Of a stretch of DNA of 64,000 nucleotides, positions 13,744 through 27,762 are shown piece by piece. The translations under genes and the position numbers were made by a program. Source of the stretch: Octopus sinensis (taxonomy: Eukaryota); NCBI RefSeq assembly GCF_006345805.1, contig NC_043000.1:159154001-159218000 (forward strand). Reading direction: 5' to 3'. Each line of letters begins with the position of its first letter. Position 1 is the first letter of the stretch. The notes below the pieces were generated by a model. It was not told the DNA's origin. It worked only from the letters and a program-made list of their open reading frames with translations, and made no database searches.

Positions 13744-14380
13744 GCGGCGAGCTGGCAAAAACGTTAGCAAGCCGGGAAAATGCTTAGCGGTATTTCGTCT
13801 GTCTTTACGTTTTGAGTTCAAATTTCGCTGAGATCGACTTTGCCTTTCATCTTTTCGGGATCGATAAATTAAGTACTGGTTGCGTACTGGGGTCGAACTA
13901 ATGGACTAAACCTCTCCCCCAAAATTTCTTATAGAAAATAATCGTTAGCACGCCGGGTAAAATGCTTAGCGGTATTTCGTCCGTCGCTACGTTCTTAGTT
14001 CAAATTCCGCCGAGTTCAACTTTACCTTACATCCTTTAGGGTTCGATAAAATAAGTACCAGTTAAATGCTGGGGTCGATGTAATCGAATCACCCCCTCCC
14101 CGAAAGTCGTTACCCTTGTGGCAAAATTTGAAATCCTTATTATCATTGATCGTAAGGCGGAGAGCTGGCAGAATCATTAGCACGCCGGTCAAAATGCTAA
14201 GCAGTATTTTGCCCGTCGCTACGTTCTGAGTTCAAATTCCGCCGAGGTCAACTTTGCCTTTCTTTCTTCCGGGGTCGATAAATAAAGTACCAGTGAAACA
14301 CTGGGGTCAATGTAATGGAATTATCCTCGCCCCCAAAATTGCTGCCCTTGTGGCAAAATTTGAAGCCACTATTATTATTG
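13744..14380 (+). mobile_element. Head-to-tail trio of SINE family B
   Basis: Three successive units with cgttagcacgccggg...gttcaaattccgccgaggtc...ggggtcgataaa...agtaccag, separated by short ATT-rich tails. Confidence 0.85.
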
Positions 14381-15542
14381 ATCGTTATGGGTATAAGGTT
14401 TCCTACTGAAGAATAGTGATATATGTTGTAGAATACTGGTTCTTATTTCACACGTAATCACAATACATGTACCGATGCACACACGCACACTCACACACAT
14501 GCACTCACATACATACATACATATACGTATATATGTACGTATATGTATATGTTCATGTATGCATCATGTGTATAAGGAACTAAAATATATTGATAGGTAT
14601 CCTGATGTGTTTATGCGAATAATATAAACATATATTTCTCTGTATCTTTTACGTGTAAATATTATTTTTGTAGAAACTTGCGTCCACGTGTATCTATCTA
14701 CATGTATTGATTATCAGTTTAAATGAAATATAATATTAAAATCGACGTCCTTTTGCACTTTGTCAATGGAAGCAACCGAATCAATAGATTTAATCTTTTA
14801 ATCTTCTTTAATCCTTCCACTAACTTTAAGTGAGTTTGTTGGCAGTGTTACAATATTCTTCTTACAAATGTAACTTCTCAACTAAACATAAATATTTTAT
14901 TATACTCGCATTCATTATGCGCACAAAGATTCTAACACACACGCACATGCAAAATTACACATACGCACACATTCACACACAAACACAAACGCAAACACAC
15001 ACACCCATAAGCATACATAGACTTGTATGTCTGTGTGTGCAACTATTAGTACGTTCTTCGAATCATTAAAGATGTCTACTCCATGCAGAGTCACATGTGC
15101 AAGCAGGTTTGCTTCAAGATAACCTTCGATAAATTAAATGATGATCGTAAGAGAGTACCTCTACACTGTAGTTCGATGTGCGGGGCATAATAGCCAGTAT
15201 CTTCTTACATGTGAAAACTCACGTGGAGGTTGAGGCTAGCCCGCTATTTTATGCAGGGCTAATTCCCATAGTTTCTGGCCTAGCCTTTATCACTCGTAAA
15301 ACACTGGAGCTATTTTATAATAGCTCGGAGGTTTTTCAGTGTAATCGTGTATTATGGTCTCACCCGCAAGTCAAATGTTTTCTATCTCCCTAACCTCCCT
15401 AACAGATGATCTCTCTACAAGCATAGTACCACCACCGCTGCGGGTCTTACTGCGCGCTCATATGCTAAATCGAATATTTTTTTATCTCCGATTTCGTGAG
15501 CACAGACGTGTTGCATATATTTATGTTTGTATTATACAAGTG

Positions 15543-16150
15543 GTGAGGTGGCATAAGCGTTAGCACGCCGGGCGAACTGGTTAGTGGTATTTCGCCCATC
15601 ACTACGTTCTAAGTTCAAATCCCGCCGAGATTGTCTTTGCCATTCATCCTTTCGGGGTCGATAAATTATGTACCAGTTATGTATTGGGATCAATGCAATC
15701 GACTATTCCCCCTCTCCCAAATTTCAGGCCTTGTGCCTGTAATAGAAAGGATTATACAAAGTGTTCTCTTATTAACACCGACATTTAAGTTTTGTGGTAA
15801 ATTTTTGCTAATATTTCTTATGAGGTTAAGGCAATGAGCTAGCAAAATCACTACCGTGCCGGGCAAAATTCTTTGCCGCATTTGACCATCTTTACGTTCT
15901 GAGTTCAAATTCCACCGAGGTCGACTTCACCAGGGCACTAACGTCAATGCCACTGGTTTTAGAAAATAGATGACTAAGAATCTTTTTGCGAGTAACATTT
16001 AAGCGAGCAGTCGCAGACTTTTTGGGATGTCGCATAGTTTGCTCGCGTAATCGTCCCGAATTTCTTCACTCTAAGTTCAAATCAAGTGAAGATCAATTTT
16101 ACCCTTCGCCCTTTCGAGATCGATAAATAATATATCAGTCCAGTATTAGG
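15543..16150 (+). mobile_element. Cluster of three decayed SINE family B units
   Basis: Family B motifs near 15545, 15825 and 16005. Confidence 0.75.
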
Positions 16151-16454
16151 GTTTCTTCTTTTATCTTTCTAACGCTTTCCATTTGTATATTTGTCTCCAA
16201 CTGGAAGAAATCTACTGTGATGAAGAGACTCTCGAGGTCTCCGTTACCCAGGAGACACCGCATATCACGATGGAGCATCTACAACTCTATAAAAGAGTGA
16301 AGAGTGATGCGTGACGCACATGGCATATTCAACATAGCAGTTTACAGAAGGGTATGAATGTGTGTACACGTGTCAAATCTACACATACACGCACGCACAA
16401 ACACACACACAAACATGCACGCGCGAGCACACACACAAACATACACATACTCAG

Positions 16455-16471
16455 ATAGCTAGCTAGCTAGC

Positions 16472-16515
<44 letters not shown>

Positions 16516-16516
16516 G

Positions 16517-16599
<83 letters not shown>

Positions 16600-16700
16600 G
16601 AGATAGATAGATAGATAGATAAAAAGAGAGAGATAGATAAACAGACAGACAGACAGATTGATTGATTGATTGGTTGGTTGGTTGGTTGGTTGGTTGTTTG
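16455..16700. repeat. Compound (GCTA)/(GATA)/(GACA)/(GATT)/(GGTT) microsatellite
   Basis: Visible tetranucleotide tracts in series. Confidence 0.95.
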
Positions 16701-16748
16701 ATTGGTTAACTAATTGATATATGTGTATGTGTGATTGTGAATGTGTGT

Positions 16749-16804
<56 letters not shown>

Positions 16805-17869
16805 CTGTGATTGTGTTTCTGTGATTGTGAATGTGTGTGTACGTAAATCTTGAGTAAAAACATCTTTATGCTCACGTCTGTGTAAGTACATGTAAATCAT
16901 TGCTCGCATGTGTGTATAAGTCTTGAGTTGTATGCGGATGAATCATGTACAGATTTTCCTGTAATCGTTCTAACGGTTTCATACAGATACGCGTGTGTGA
17001 TCAAACCTTTAAATCTAAACTTTTATACTTTGACGAACACATGTCAGAGGTGGATGTTATTCGTTTCCTTTTTGCTTCAGTCTTTTAATAGACATATATA
17101 ATATTTTTTTGTTCACGTTTTGCGTTCTTGAAAACTGCATCCTTTTGAACCTGTCAAACATCAGATAATATCATAAATCTGATAACATCTCATATGAGAT
17201 ACAAGAAATTAAAATGGCCTTTCTAATTGCCTCAATGTAAGTGCAAGCATTATTGTTGTTGGTTACGAATAAATTCTGAAGCTTACATCAAACGATACAT
17301 CATTTTAGAGTTGTGTTTCTTAATAGAAGACATTTTCTTCTAAACACACCACTTTATATTTGTTTATCTATCTATCCATATTTTTCTCTTTTCTCTATCT
17401 TTCTATGTTTTCTCTATGCACCTCACTTCATTTCTTTCTCTCTCTCTCTCTCTCTCCATCACTTTTTTCTCTCTCTTTCTCTCTCTTTCGTTCCGTCATT
17501 GTCCTTCTCAGCTTACACATCAAACCATCTTTTGATCTGCCATTCGCACATATTATTCGTTACCCAAACAATCGGCTTCATTTACCAGGGAACATGTGTT
17601 CTTCCTTGCATGTAGACATGTGCAGCAATTTGTATGTGATGTGTGCACGAATGTATGTGTTGAGAATGTGTGTGCGTTTCTGTTTCTGAATTTGTAAATT
17701 TATTGTGGGTATCTAATGTGTATTACAACTTCCGCATACGTGCTTATTTGTGTGCGTATTATCACACTTCGAATGCACACACGTATATTTAACATACGCC
17801 CCTACTTATAAGCCGGCCGCTTACTTTATGTATGAATCTCAAAAAGTGATTTTCCTACTCTTCTCTTTC

Positions 17870-18400
<531 letters not shown>

Positions 18401-18942
18401 TATATGTGTATGTGCGTATGTGTGATGAGATATAGAAGTGGGGAAGTAAATTTATCGGGAAATACTTCAAAAGGCCGGACGTAGGAAAGATGCTGCGAGC
18501 ATAGTCACTCCTGTATACGAACATGTTCTCTGAAGAGAGAAAAGAAAAATGCATCACCTACTGTTTCATCTATGAGGAAATATTATGAACAACACTTGCA
18601 AAAAATTGTTTCTATATTTTTTCTGGTCATATATAATCTTTAATACACTGGTGCACATCATAATTTAGACACAATAAACGTACATCGCCTAATGTTTCTC
18701 AGATTATTACCCAAAGGAAACATTATATAATATAGCCAAACTCTCTGAAATTAGACGTGGGCTGGTCACCATTGGCATGTCGTTCATTAGGACACAGTCA
18801 TATTAGATGCCGACAAGATGGTGTCTTAGGGAGATGGTTATGCAATGAAATGAACATCAATAAAGAGAAAAACATGTATTTATTATTACGTTAATCTCTG
18901 CTCTGCAGACGCCAGTGTAATGGGTTTCTTACTGAAAAATTA

Positions 18943-19001
<59 letters not shown>

Positions 19002-19250
19002 GCATGAACAATTAAAACTAGCACATATATTTTGTGGGATTTTTTTTACGTTGAGAACGAATGTAACAAACCAAAACTTTCCAGCCGAGGACCTAGTGTT
19101 TCTGAGAGGCATTTACTCTAGAAACAGCTGGTAAGAAAGCGTACATCGCAACATGCCCATCTGTGTTTTCGTGTTATCATCAATCCTAGAATTATAACAC
19201 AATTTTATATCACCTACCGTTCCGGGAACGATAGATCCTGATACAAATCG

Positions 19251-19251
<1 letters not shown>

Positions 19252-19335
<84 letters not shown>

Positions 19336-19385
19336 TAGTAGTGGTAGTAGTAGTGGTAGTAGTGGTGGTAGTAGTGGTGGTGGTG

Positions 19386-19428
<43 letters not shown>

Positions 19429-19487
19429 TAGTAGTGGTAGTAGTAGTGGTAGTAGTAGTGGTAGTAGTGGTGGTAGTAGTGGTGGTG

Positions 19488-19547
<60 letters not shown>
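19252..19547. repeat. (TAG)n/(TGG)n trinucleotide microsatellite
   Basis: Visible tract; the poly-V ORF 19329-19574 is an artefact. Confidence 0.95.
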
Positions 19548-19555
19548 TTTTTATT

Positions 19556-20120
19556 TTTATTACTCCTGTCTTAGCGAAGGCGGAGTTATTGTTTCCAGTC
19601 GTATTTGCCTGTTTGCTTGTTTGTCCTTAGACAAGATATCTCAAAACCGCAAGATGGGTTCGGATGAAACTTTCAGGGATATTTGACCTCGTACTATTTT
19701 TTTTACTTAATTTTGGAGTACGGTGGTATTCATTTTTCGTATTCTCGTTTGTGAGGGCAGTCGAGTTTATTTCATATATTCTCATTTTTAAAATCATCTC
19801 TAGCTAACCGTTGAAAGGAAGTTGGTGTTGCCTTGTGAAAGGTAAGAGAGTCCAGTTTGCTGGACATTGTTGTAGAGCTGAAAAAGAGGTAATTTCTACT
19901 CTTCTCCTCTGGAGGCCATCTACTCGCAATACCAGAGGGCGCATACTCTCCTGCCCTGATGTAATCTCCAGGGATACAGGCATCCAGCAACAGGACCTCC
20001 GTAATGCCATGATGGACCGTGAAGTCTGGCGTAGCATGGTAAATTCCATTGTCTCGACCACGGTCGAACAATGATGATGATGTTGCCTTGGCGGCGGTTT
20101 ACGCTCTCTGAGTGCTCTTA
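19556..20120 (+). mobile_element. Non-autonomous Helentron/DINE-1-like element interrupted by an RTE fragment
   Basis: 5' ttattactcctgtcttagcgaaggcggagttattg followed by a GTYT-like tract; 3' ccttg-gcggcggtttacgctctctgagtgctc with a terminal stem-loop. Family assignment from recalled architecture only. Confidence 0.5.
19836..20080 (+). mobile_element. 5'-truncated RTE-clade LINE 3' end
   Basis: KRVQFAGHCCRAEKEVISTLLLWRP...DLRNAMMDREVWRSMV, (TGA)n tail, and a 10-bp target-site duplication tgttgccttg at 19826-19835 and 20081-20090. Confidence 0.85.
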
Positions 20121-21483
20121 TTATTATTATTCTTGCTGTTGGTGTTGTTTCTGATTTTAGTGTGAGCCCAGAATTTTAAAGAGAGGAAAATATCTAGTAC
20201 AATAAACTTAGTATCTCATTGGGAACTGGGAACTGAACGAATGAATGTCTAAGTTGGCTTCGATTTAATTTAAATTCAGAATGTTAAGAGCCTGAGTCTG
20301 AATAAATACACCAAGCTATTTTGTATGACGCTCTAACGAGTTAACAAATCCATTGGTGCACGAATAATTGGTGAGAAAATATTACAGAAACCAGTTACAA
20401 AACTGAAGAGGACTAAATTAAAATTGAAATGAATGAAGCTTGACAGTATATATTGTACACGATTTCAAGATATTCATGTGATTATATAATAAATTAATTA
20501 TTTAAACTATAGATTGGTAAAATATAGTATATGTCTCTTTTAACGCCACACCTTTGAAAGCAAACTCTAATATTTCTACTGAACGGTAAACAGTATCCTT
20601 CAACATGTTGAAAGGCAAATTAGAAAGGTTTTGTATACCCCATATTTGAAAAGAACATATGTGTGACGAGGAATATAGCTGAATGTATACAAATAACTGA
20701 AATTAAACAGAATTTTATTTAAGATTCGTTCGAAACTGTTTCACAGAGTGGAAGAGGCCAGGAATCGACAGCATCAAAAATGTTGATCTGCTGCTTGTTA
20801 TTCGAGATTCTTCACACCCAGTTAATATCTACCTTCTACTTGTATTGCTCTTTCCTGGTAGGATAACTCTGTTCCCAAAGGAGAGATTACTGTATTACAA
20901 GTGTAATAACCAGTCCATAAATTTTCTGCTTGTAATTTATTAATTAATCTTCTGACTATTAAGCAGTAAGATTAATGTATTTATAATTTGTTTTTAAAAA
21001 GTGTACAGGAACAGGAATCTATATCTTGGGGTTTGAGGTACAATTATCCGACACTGTGTTAAGAAGAACACGCAAAAAAGAATGTGGTATGTTCTCGAAA
21101 TGATTACAAGAAAAGTATTTGATTTGTTCACATGTGACTGTTTTCCTCAAACTGCAATATGTGTAGAATTTGATGACATCATGAAATTGCTTTTAAAATA
21201 GCAATTAAGAAGAGGTATACAGTTCTTCCGTTATCCACTAACGTTACATTTATAAGCCCGTCTTACACGAATAGCGAAGGTGACATTCCAAAGCGATAGC
21301 ACATCTGCAGTTCATTTCATTCTATGGTGTCTCCCTTTGGGATAGCTAATAAAACAAAACAATCTGAAGACGCAGAAGACTAAGCGCACTCGCAGCGTTC
21401 CTTTCATGGCACACCTAACTTAGATACTACAATTTCTTTTTAACTCATGACTAAATTATAATCATCATCATTTGTACTAAATG

Positions 21484-21681
21484 CACAAGGCCTGAAATTT
21501 GGGGGAGAGAACGAATCAATTAGATCACCACCAGTGTTTCACTGGTGCTTAATTTATCGACCCCGAAATGATGAAAGGTAAAGTCGACTTCGGCGGAATT
21601 TGAACTCAGAACGTAGCAACGGGCGAAATGCTGCTAAGCATTTGGTCCAGCGTGTTAACGATTTTGCCAGATCACTACCTT
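21484..21681 (-). mobile_element. SINE family B
   Basis: Reverse complement carries family B head and ggggtcgataaattaagcaccag core. Confidence 0.85.
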
Positions 21682-21869
21682 AATGACAACAACAACAACA
21701 ACAACAAGAGCGCAACGAGTTAGAGATTGACATTATTGAATTTAACAATATTTCAACAGACTGTCTCCCTCAAGTTCAAAATTTACAGTGAAAAAAAAAT
21801 AAAGAAAAATCGCAGATAAAAGAATTAAAAATATGAACAGGAATATGCTGCATTCCTTGGTATACAAAA

Positions 21870-21897
21870 CTAGCAGAGAAACCCGGCCTTGCTAGGG
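21870..21897 (-). mobile_element. Helitron-type 3' terminus (hairpin + CTAG)
   Basis: Minus strand ccctagcaaggccggg-tttctctg-CTAG. Confidence 0.55.
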
Positions 21898-23972
21898 ATT
21901 AAAATAGTTTATTATTGTTTTACATGTCTCGGTATTATAACCTGATTTCATTCGGGTCTACGCAGGCCACATTTTAAAAGATGAGAAATTTTGCTCTTGA
22001 GGCTACGCCTTTCAATTGAGCAAACTCAAAGTTGCCAAGCAAACACGCCAGCACATTTAACATAGGTGTACATATTTTCAGCTCAATCTGACCATATATG
22101 CACACATTATATATATATATATATATATATATATACAACGCTTTCTCTCTATAGATACAGACAGACGTACACAGAGAGAGGCGGTAGAAGAAAGAGTGAC
22201 AGAGAGACGGCGAAGGCGGAGAGGGAAAGAGAGCAGAAGCTATCAAACGTCGTTATAGAGATCGTGGAGGGGAGGGAGGAAAGAGAGAGATTGAGGAAGA
22301 CAGGGTAATATTCGAAAGTGAGAAAGGACAAACACTTGTCAATGTCTGGGCATTGTTGCCCTAGAAACAACAGCTTTTGATATTTCTAACCTAGTCCAGT
22401 AGCTTCCTTGCCTCATTTTACATGTCCCTGTAAATTTTCGCCACAATACGAGCACGCATACTGCCATTGAACCCTGCATAACTACTAAATGAGACACGCA
22501 AACATACAACTTTTGGGCATTTCACTTTTATATAAAGAGATAATATCATCAGTTTTTTGCTTTTTCATAACTGGTAACAAAGAAAAGACAGAGAATGAAA
22601 GAAAATAGAAAACAGGAAAAGAGATCACCTGAGATTTTGTGTAAGCGTGATGAAATTCGCCAGTCATTTTATTAATTCTTCCAAAGTATGACGTTAGCAA
22701 TTCACACACAGAATATATTTGACCTGATGCGTCTTGGGACTGAAAGTACAGTTGAGTCAGAATATTTTCTGAGAATGGGCAGTTTCAGGGGTTCCTCAAA
22801 ATTATAGCCATTTCATGTAAAACATTCGACAAGTTCTCTAGAACTTCTGCTATTGTGCCTGAAGGTATACCTATGCCCATTAAATCGTTTATTTAATTAT
22901 TCTGGTGTGCAAACAACATAAGTCAAATTGTGTTTGGTGCATTCCGCTGTATATAACAAATGGGAATCTTTACAACCTCTACCTTCCGTATAAATCATAA
23001 TATTTCTCTTATGATTTGTGATGGAATTGATTTGATTCATTCTGTTGTACAGTGAACAGGGCTTACCTCTCATGCGATTGTTGTTGTTGTGATGCTGCGT
23101 TCAGAAACTCCAGTGATAGTTTTCTTGGGGTTAGAGGTAGAGGTTAATAGCTGTCTTATGTCATTTTTTGCATATAAAAGCTACAATAAATTGAAGTGGG
23201 ATATTTGTTTGAAACGAAGATATTTTTTTTCTGAAATATGCTGGTAACAACACTTTTGCAATACCAGTGGGATTCTGGTACCACATTATCACTAAAGGAA
23301 TCCGATCACAAATTTTACTTTGGCTACTAAAATTATACTATGTCATTTGCGATTTCCTTTAATTGTGATTCGCTGTAACCGCTTGCATTATAATGGCGTG
23401 CAAACGCATTTGCATATCTCTTATGTCGATGCAAATCCATTTTATCTTCATAGTAAAATCTGTGATCTAATTCCTTTAATGCTTATCTGGCACCAAAATT
23501 TCGCTGGCATTTCATGTCTTGCATGAAAGTAAGCAGTATGTATGTGATTTGATAACATCACGCCCTTGAGGAATGAATAAAATGACAGAGGAATTCATCA
23601 CATTTACACAAATCTGTTTGACTTAAGTGTTCTGTTTATTGTTTTCTTTTTTGTTCGTTTTCTTTTTCTTTCTAGTTCGTAGCGGTTATGAAAAGCGAAA
23701 ACTGATGATGTCGATTTGTCTAAATACTATTTTCCCGATCATAAATTTAATGTCTGTATTTCTGCGTTTTGTTTTCTTTTTCATTTTACATTTTGAACCC
23801 GAGAAGACACACAATCTGTCAAAGTATTGTTCAATTCGTTCAGTTCACTAAACAGTCAATCTATATTTCAAATCGCGTCGCGCTCATACTGTTTTTTTTT
23901 CTTTCATGAAGAGTTACGTCAATCTTATTAAATTAATTAATTAAAATATAAGATGATAACAACAACAACAAC

Positions 23973-24028
<56 letters not shown>

Positions 24029-24029
24029 C

Positions 24030-24575
24030 ACTAGTAATTGTGCAACCTGAAAATAGCTACTTCATATGAGAACAATGAATAAACAAATTATTGCGGATAA
24101 CGGTGGTAATGAAACTCAAGCCCTTGATGGTGACAGTGTTACACCCGGCAGGCTCAGAGATACTGGTCCGACTCCAGACTGTTGTTATCCAGCAAGGAAC
24201 AAGCACACAGAGTATTGATGGGACAAACAACTCAATGCTGAGCGATGCCGTAGACGAAAATGGTGTTCATCGTAGGAGATACCGACAACGTATGTATGAT
24301 CAATGGAGAGAAAGAGGATTGTTTCAACTCACGGAACAGAGATTATGTGATCAAGCTTCAGCAAAACGAAAAAGTCGTTGGTTCACAGTAGTAGAGCTCG
24401 AATCTATCAGAAGACAGGTATTGGAAAACAGCAGCAGAGGAAACGATGAAAATACAGTTCCTACTGATGAAAGTAATCTCATAGTAGAAAACAGAGGTGA
24501 AATCTCTAATAAACCACAGGAAAAGCATACAGATGGTTTGAAAGAAGACAATAAAACTAATGGTGACATGTAAAT
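24030..24575 (+). mobile_element. R4/Dong-clade (RLE-type) non-LTR retrotransposon, N-terminal fragment
   Basis: YRQRMYDQWRERGLFQLTEQRLCDQASAKRKSRWFTVVELESIRR resembles the R4/Dong N-terminal domain; follows an (AAT)n tract at about 23960-24025. Confidence 0.75.
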
Positions 24576-24636
24576 GACTGAGGCTTTCCTTTCTCCGTCT
24601 TTATTGCTTCACTTTTCTCTGCGCTTAAGAGAGTGA

Positions 24637-24895
24637 AGGTGCGTTGCTCAATGGTTAAGGGTGTTCGGCCCGTGCTCGTAAAGTCATGAGTACGATTCCA
24701 GCAGTGCGTTGTGTTTTTGAGCCAGGTACTCTACTTCCTCTTGCTGCATTCTGCGTGAGGCTGAATCTCCCTGAGAACTACCTTAAAGTATGCATCTCTG
24801 TGAAGTACTCAGCCACTTGCGCGTTGTTTAAGAGCAGACTGTTCTGTTGATCAGATAAACAGGAACCTCGTCATTTTAACTGACGGAGTGCCATT
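24637..24895 (+). mobile_element. Decayed SINE family C (tRNA-Arg-like head)
   Basis: Head ggtgcgttgctcaatggttaaggg; body tgaatctccctgagaactac...acggagtgcca like 54869-55250. Confidence 0.65.
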
Positions 24896-25889
24896 TTTAT
24901 TTTCAAAAAAGTGAAAGAAAAGGAAAGGTTCCATATCGTAAGGTAAAAATGTCATGTGTTTAGAATAAGTAATGAAAGCTAAGAAGAAATAATTTCTATT
25001 TCGTCGTGTATTGGCCCTCGACTCACAGTTCGATAGCAACAGCGTGCGCGTCAGTGTTTATCTGGGGGCTTGGCCTCCAGATCTGTGAGACTCACAAATG
25101 CCGCTGTTGGGACCGGTTTAACACCTATAGTGTCCCTAACGACTAAAAAGATTTTCCTGCCCGTATATAAGATCTTTTTTTCATTTTTTTTCAACCGCTT
25201 GAAGCTTTATCTTGCTCCAGTTCATTCAGCTGGCCAAAATGAATTGTAGCTGTAATCCAAAGGAGCCAGGCGTGTCTTATTCTGTGTGAGGTTGAATCTC
25301 TCTAAGAACCGCACTAATGATATGCTTGTCTGTGGAGTACTAGCTACTTGTGAGTTAATTTCATCCTCGTGTGGTAATGAAAAGTGAAAGTGGCATCCAA
25401 TATTTGTTGTCTTTGATTTAAGAATATGTCTATGTATCTATGTATCAACTTTTCTTTCGATCTATATATCTACTGTCTCTCTCACTTTCCCTACTTTCTC
25501 TCTCACTTCCTCTGTATCGCTTCTCTCTCCTGCTTTTAATTCAACGTGTCTATGTATCTATGTATCAACTTTTCTTTCGATCTATGAATCTACTTTTATT
25601 GCGATGTGATAAACATTTAAAAGCGCAAAACGAACGCCGTCACCACTCACTGTCATTTGCACTCTCCCTCTTTCTCTCTCTTTCTCTTACTTCCTCTCTG
25701 AAACATTTAAAAACACAAAACGAACGCCGTCACCACTTACTGTTTCTTTCACTCTCTCCTCCCTCTCTCTCTCTTACTTCCTCTCTCTCTCTCTCTCGCT
25801 TTGCCACTCACTTCTTCCTTTGAAGTAAGTGTGACACACATCACAGGTACGTACAAAAAGAACAAGTTGTCATATTGATATTATTGACA

Positions 25890-26755
25890 ACTATTCACCC
25901 AAGATCAGAGCTTAGTGACTCGAAACTGTCATCCAAGATCGAGTTTATTGACCCGAAACTATCAAACCAATGTGATGAAAAATGGTGTAGACCCAAAGTG
26001 CCGATACTGCAACGATGGGATAGAAACAGTGGACCACCTAATCTCTGTATGTAAGGCTTTAGCACCTGCAGAGTACAAATCAAGACATGACAGATTTGGT
26101 CAAGATCTACACTAGATAATGTGTCAGAATTACAAAATCAAATCTGCTGACAAATGGTACAAGCACCACCCTGAGGCTGTAACTGAGGGAGAAAATGTAA
26201 CTATTCTTTGGGACTTCCGACAGACCGGACCATCAAGGCAAACAAACTATATATTGTTGTGAAAGACAAAAGCAATAAAGTATGTTTATTGATCGATCTG
26301 AGCTCACCTTGAGACCATAATATCTCGGTAAAAGAATTTGATAATCGAAATCGAAAATATGTGGCATCTCAAGACGGTTACAATACCAGTGATTGTAGGA
26401 GCACTTGGAATGATCAAAAAAGGAACCGAAAATTATCTAAAAATGATCCCTGGCTTACCATCCATGAAGGAAGTGCAAAAGATTGTCTTAACAGGTATGT
26501 CACACGTATTGATAGGAGCATTGTCATTGTGAATTTTTTCCTTTTCACCCCTTTATTTGTTTACTGTTCTATTTTTTATATTTTTTTCCTTTTTCTCTCT
26601 GTCTTTTCATTTTATCTATCACATGACTCACTAAATGAACTATATGGTACGTTTCTTCTAATGGTCTACCAATGTATACAGTACGTCTCTCTGCCCTAGC
26701 TGTCAGAATGACTCTCAGCAAGAAATGGAAACAGAATTGAAAGATGCTAATGAAA
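25890..26755 (+). mobile_element. R4/Dong-clade retrotransposon, C-terminal zinc knuckle, RLE domain and 3' UTR
   Basis: CRYCNDGIETVDHLISVC (CCHC), YKSRHD, ILWDFRTDRTIKANK..IVVKDK..CLLID, IPVIVGALG; ends in an AAT/GAT tract at 26756-26800. Broken by stops and frameshifts. Confidence 0.9.
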
Positions 26756-27762
26756 ATAATGATAATAATAATGATAATGATAATGATGATCATGATAATA
26801 AACACTGCAATATGAAACAAGAAATAATTCTAAATTTCAAATCTATCACCGTTGGAAGAGGAATATTCCATGCATATACCTGTACTCCGCTCTTTATGCT
26901 GGTTATAAGTGATACGTTGACCTCTCATGTTAAATCATACTGGATGTAATACAAAATATTGTAGATTGGCAATGAAGCCTTTCTTGACAACGGATAACCT
27001 CAATTTGCATGCTGCAATCGAAAACAACAGAAATGACTATTAAGAACAATACAGACATTAAGAAGTGGAGCTGACAGGAAACTTGGTTTAGAAAATTGAA
27101 GAGGAAATAATTAAAAATACTAATATCAGTTCGATAAAATAAAGCAGAGACAAGAGAATTAGAACAATGATAGACTATCCAATATTCTGGAATTAATGGT
27201 GCAGACCGATTGCGACAGATACATTTAAAAGAAAGGGTTACGTAGGTTACGAAGCTGTTTTGGCTTAACATCTGTATCAGAGTGCCAAAAAAGATATTAG
27301 CTGTTCCAGTCGTGTGTTATAGTTAAAATACTGTCCACTTGAAATTAAGAGAATTTTAATGAATAGATTAATAAAACATCAGCCAAAACTGACAAATATT
27401 ATTCTTACTTAGACCACAAAGACATGCGAAATATTTTCGTTGAGAAATCTATTATAAGATCTCTAAATAAAATTAAAGGGAAACGAATAATAATCACTAC
27501 GAAACCTGGATAAATAAACTCATCAATTTATAGTTTTCAAATGTGCCAACAAATATACAACAAAAGAAGGACGGATTGGTGTAGCTAAGTTGACGAATCA
27601 TTATCAAAAACTGATAAAAACCAAAGGGACAGCAAACTGCAATTTTTCATGCTAAGATGTTATTTTGAAAGCATCTATATGAAGCAGAAATGAATATATA
27701 AACGTGTGCAATGGTTGAGAAGCTAAGACCAAAAGATATATTTAGTGGTTTAAGACAAAGCC

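Noticed and set aside
16217-16246. GTGATGA a gagac...gtctc cgtta (HHR-like with perfect stem II)
   Set aside because: GAAA is absent and there is no stem I; could be a deleted remnant but is unsupported.
26930-27760. Possible decayed piggyBac-like transposase
   Set aside because: Only vague peptide resemblance, with no TTAA/TIR or catalytic motif identifiable by eye.
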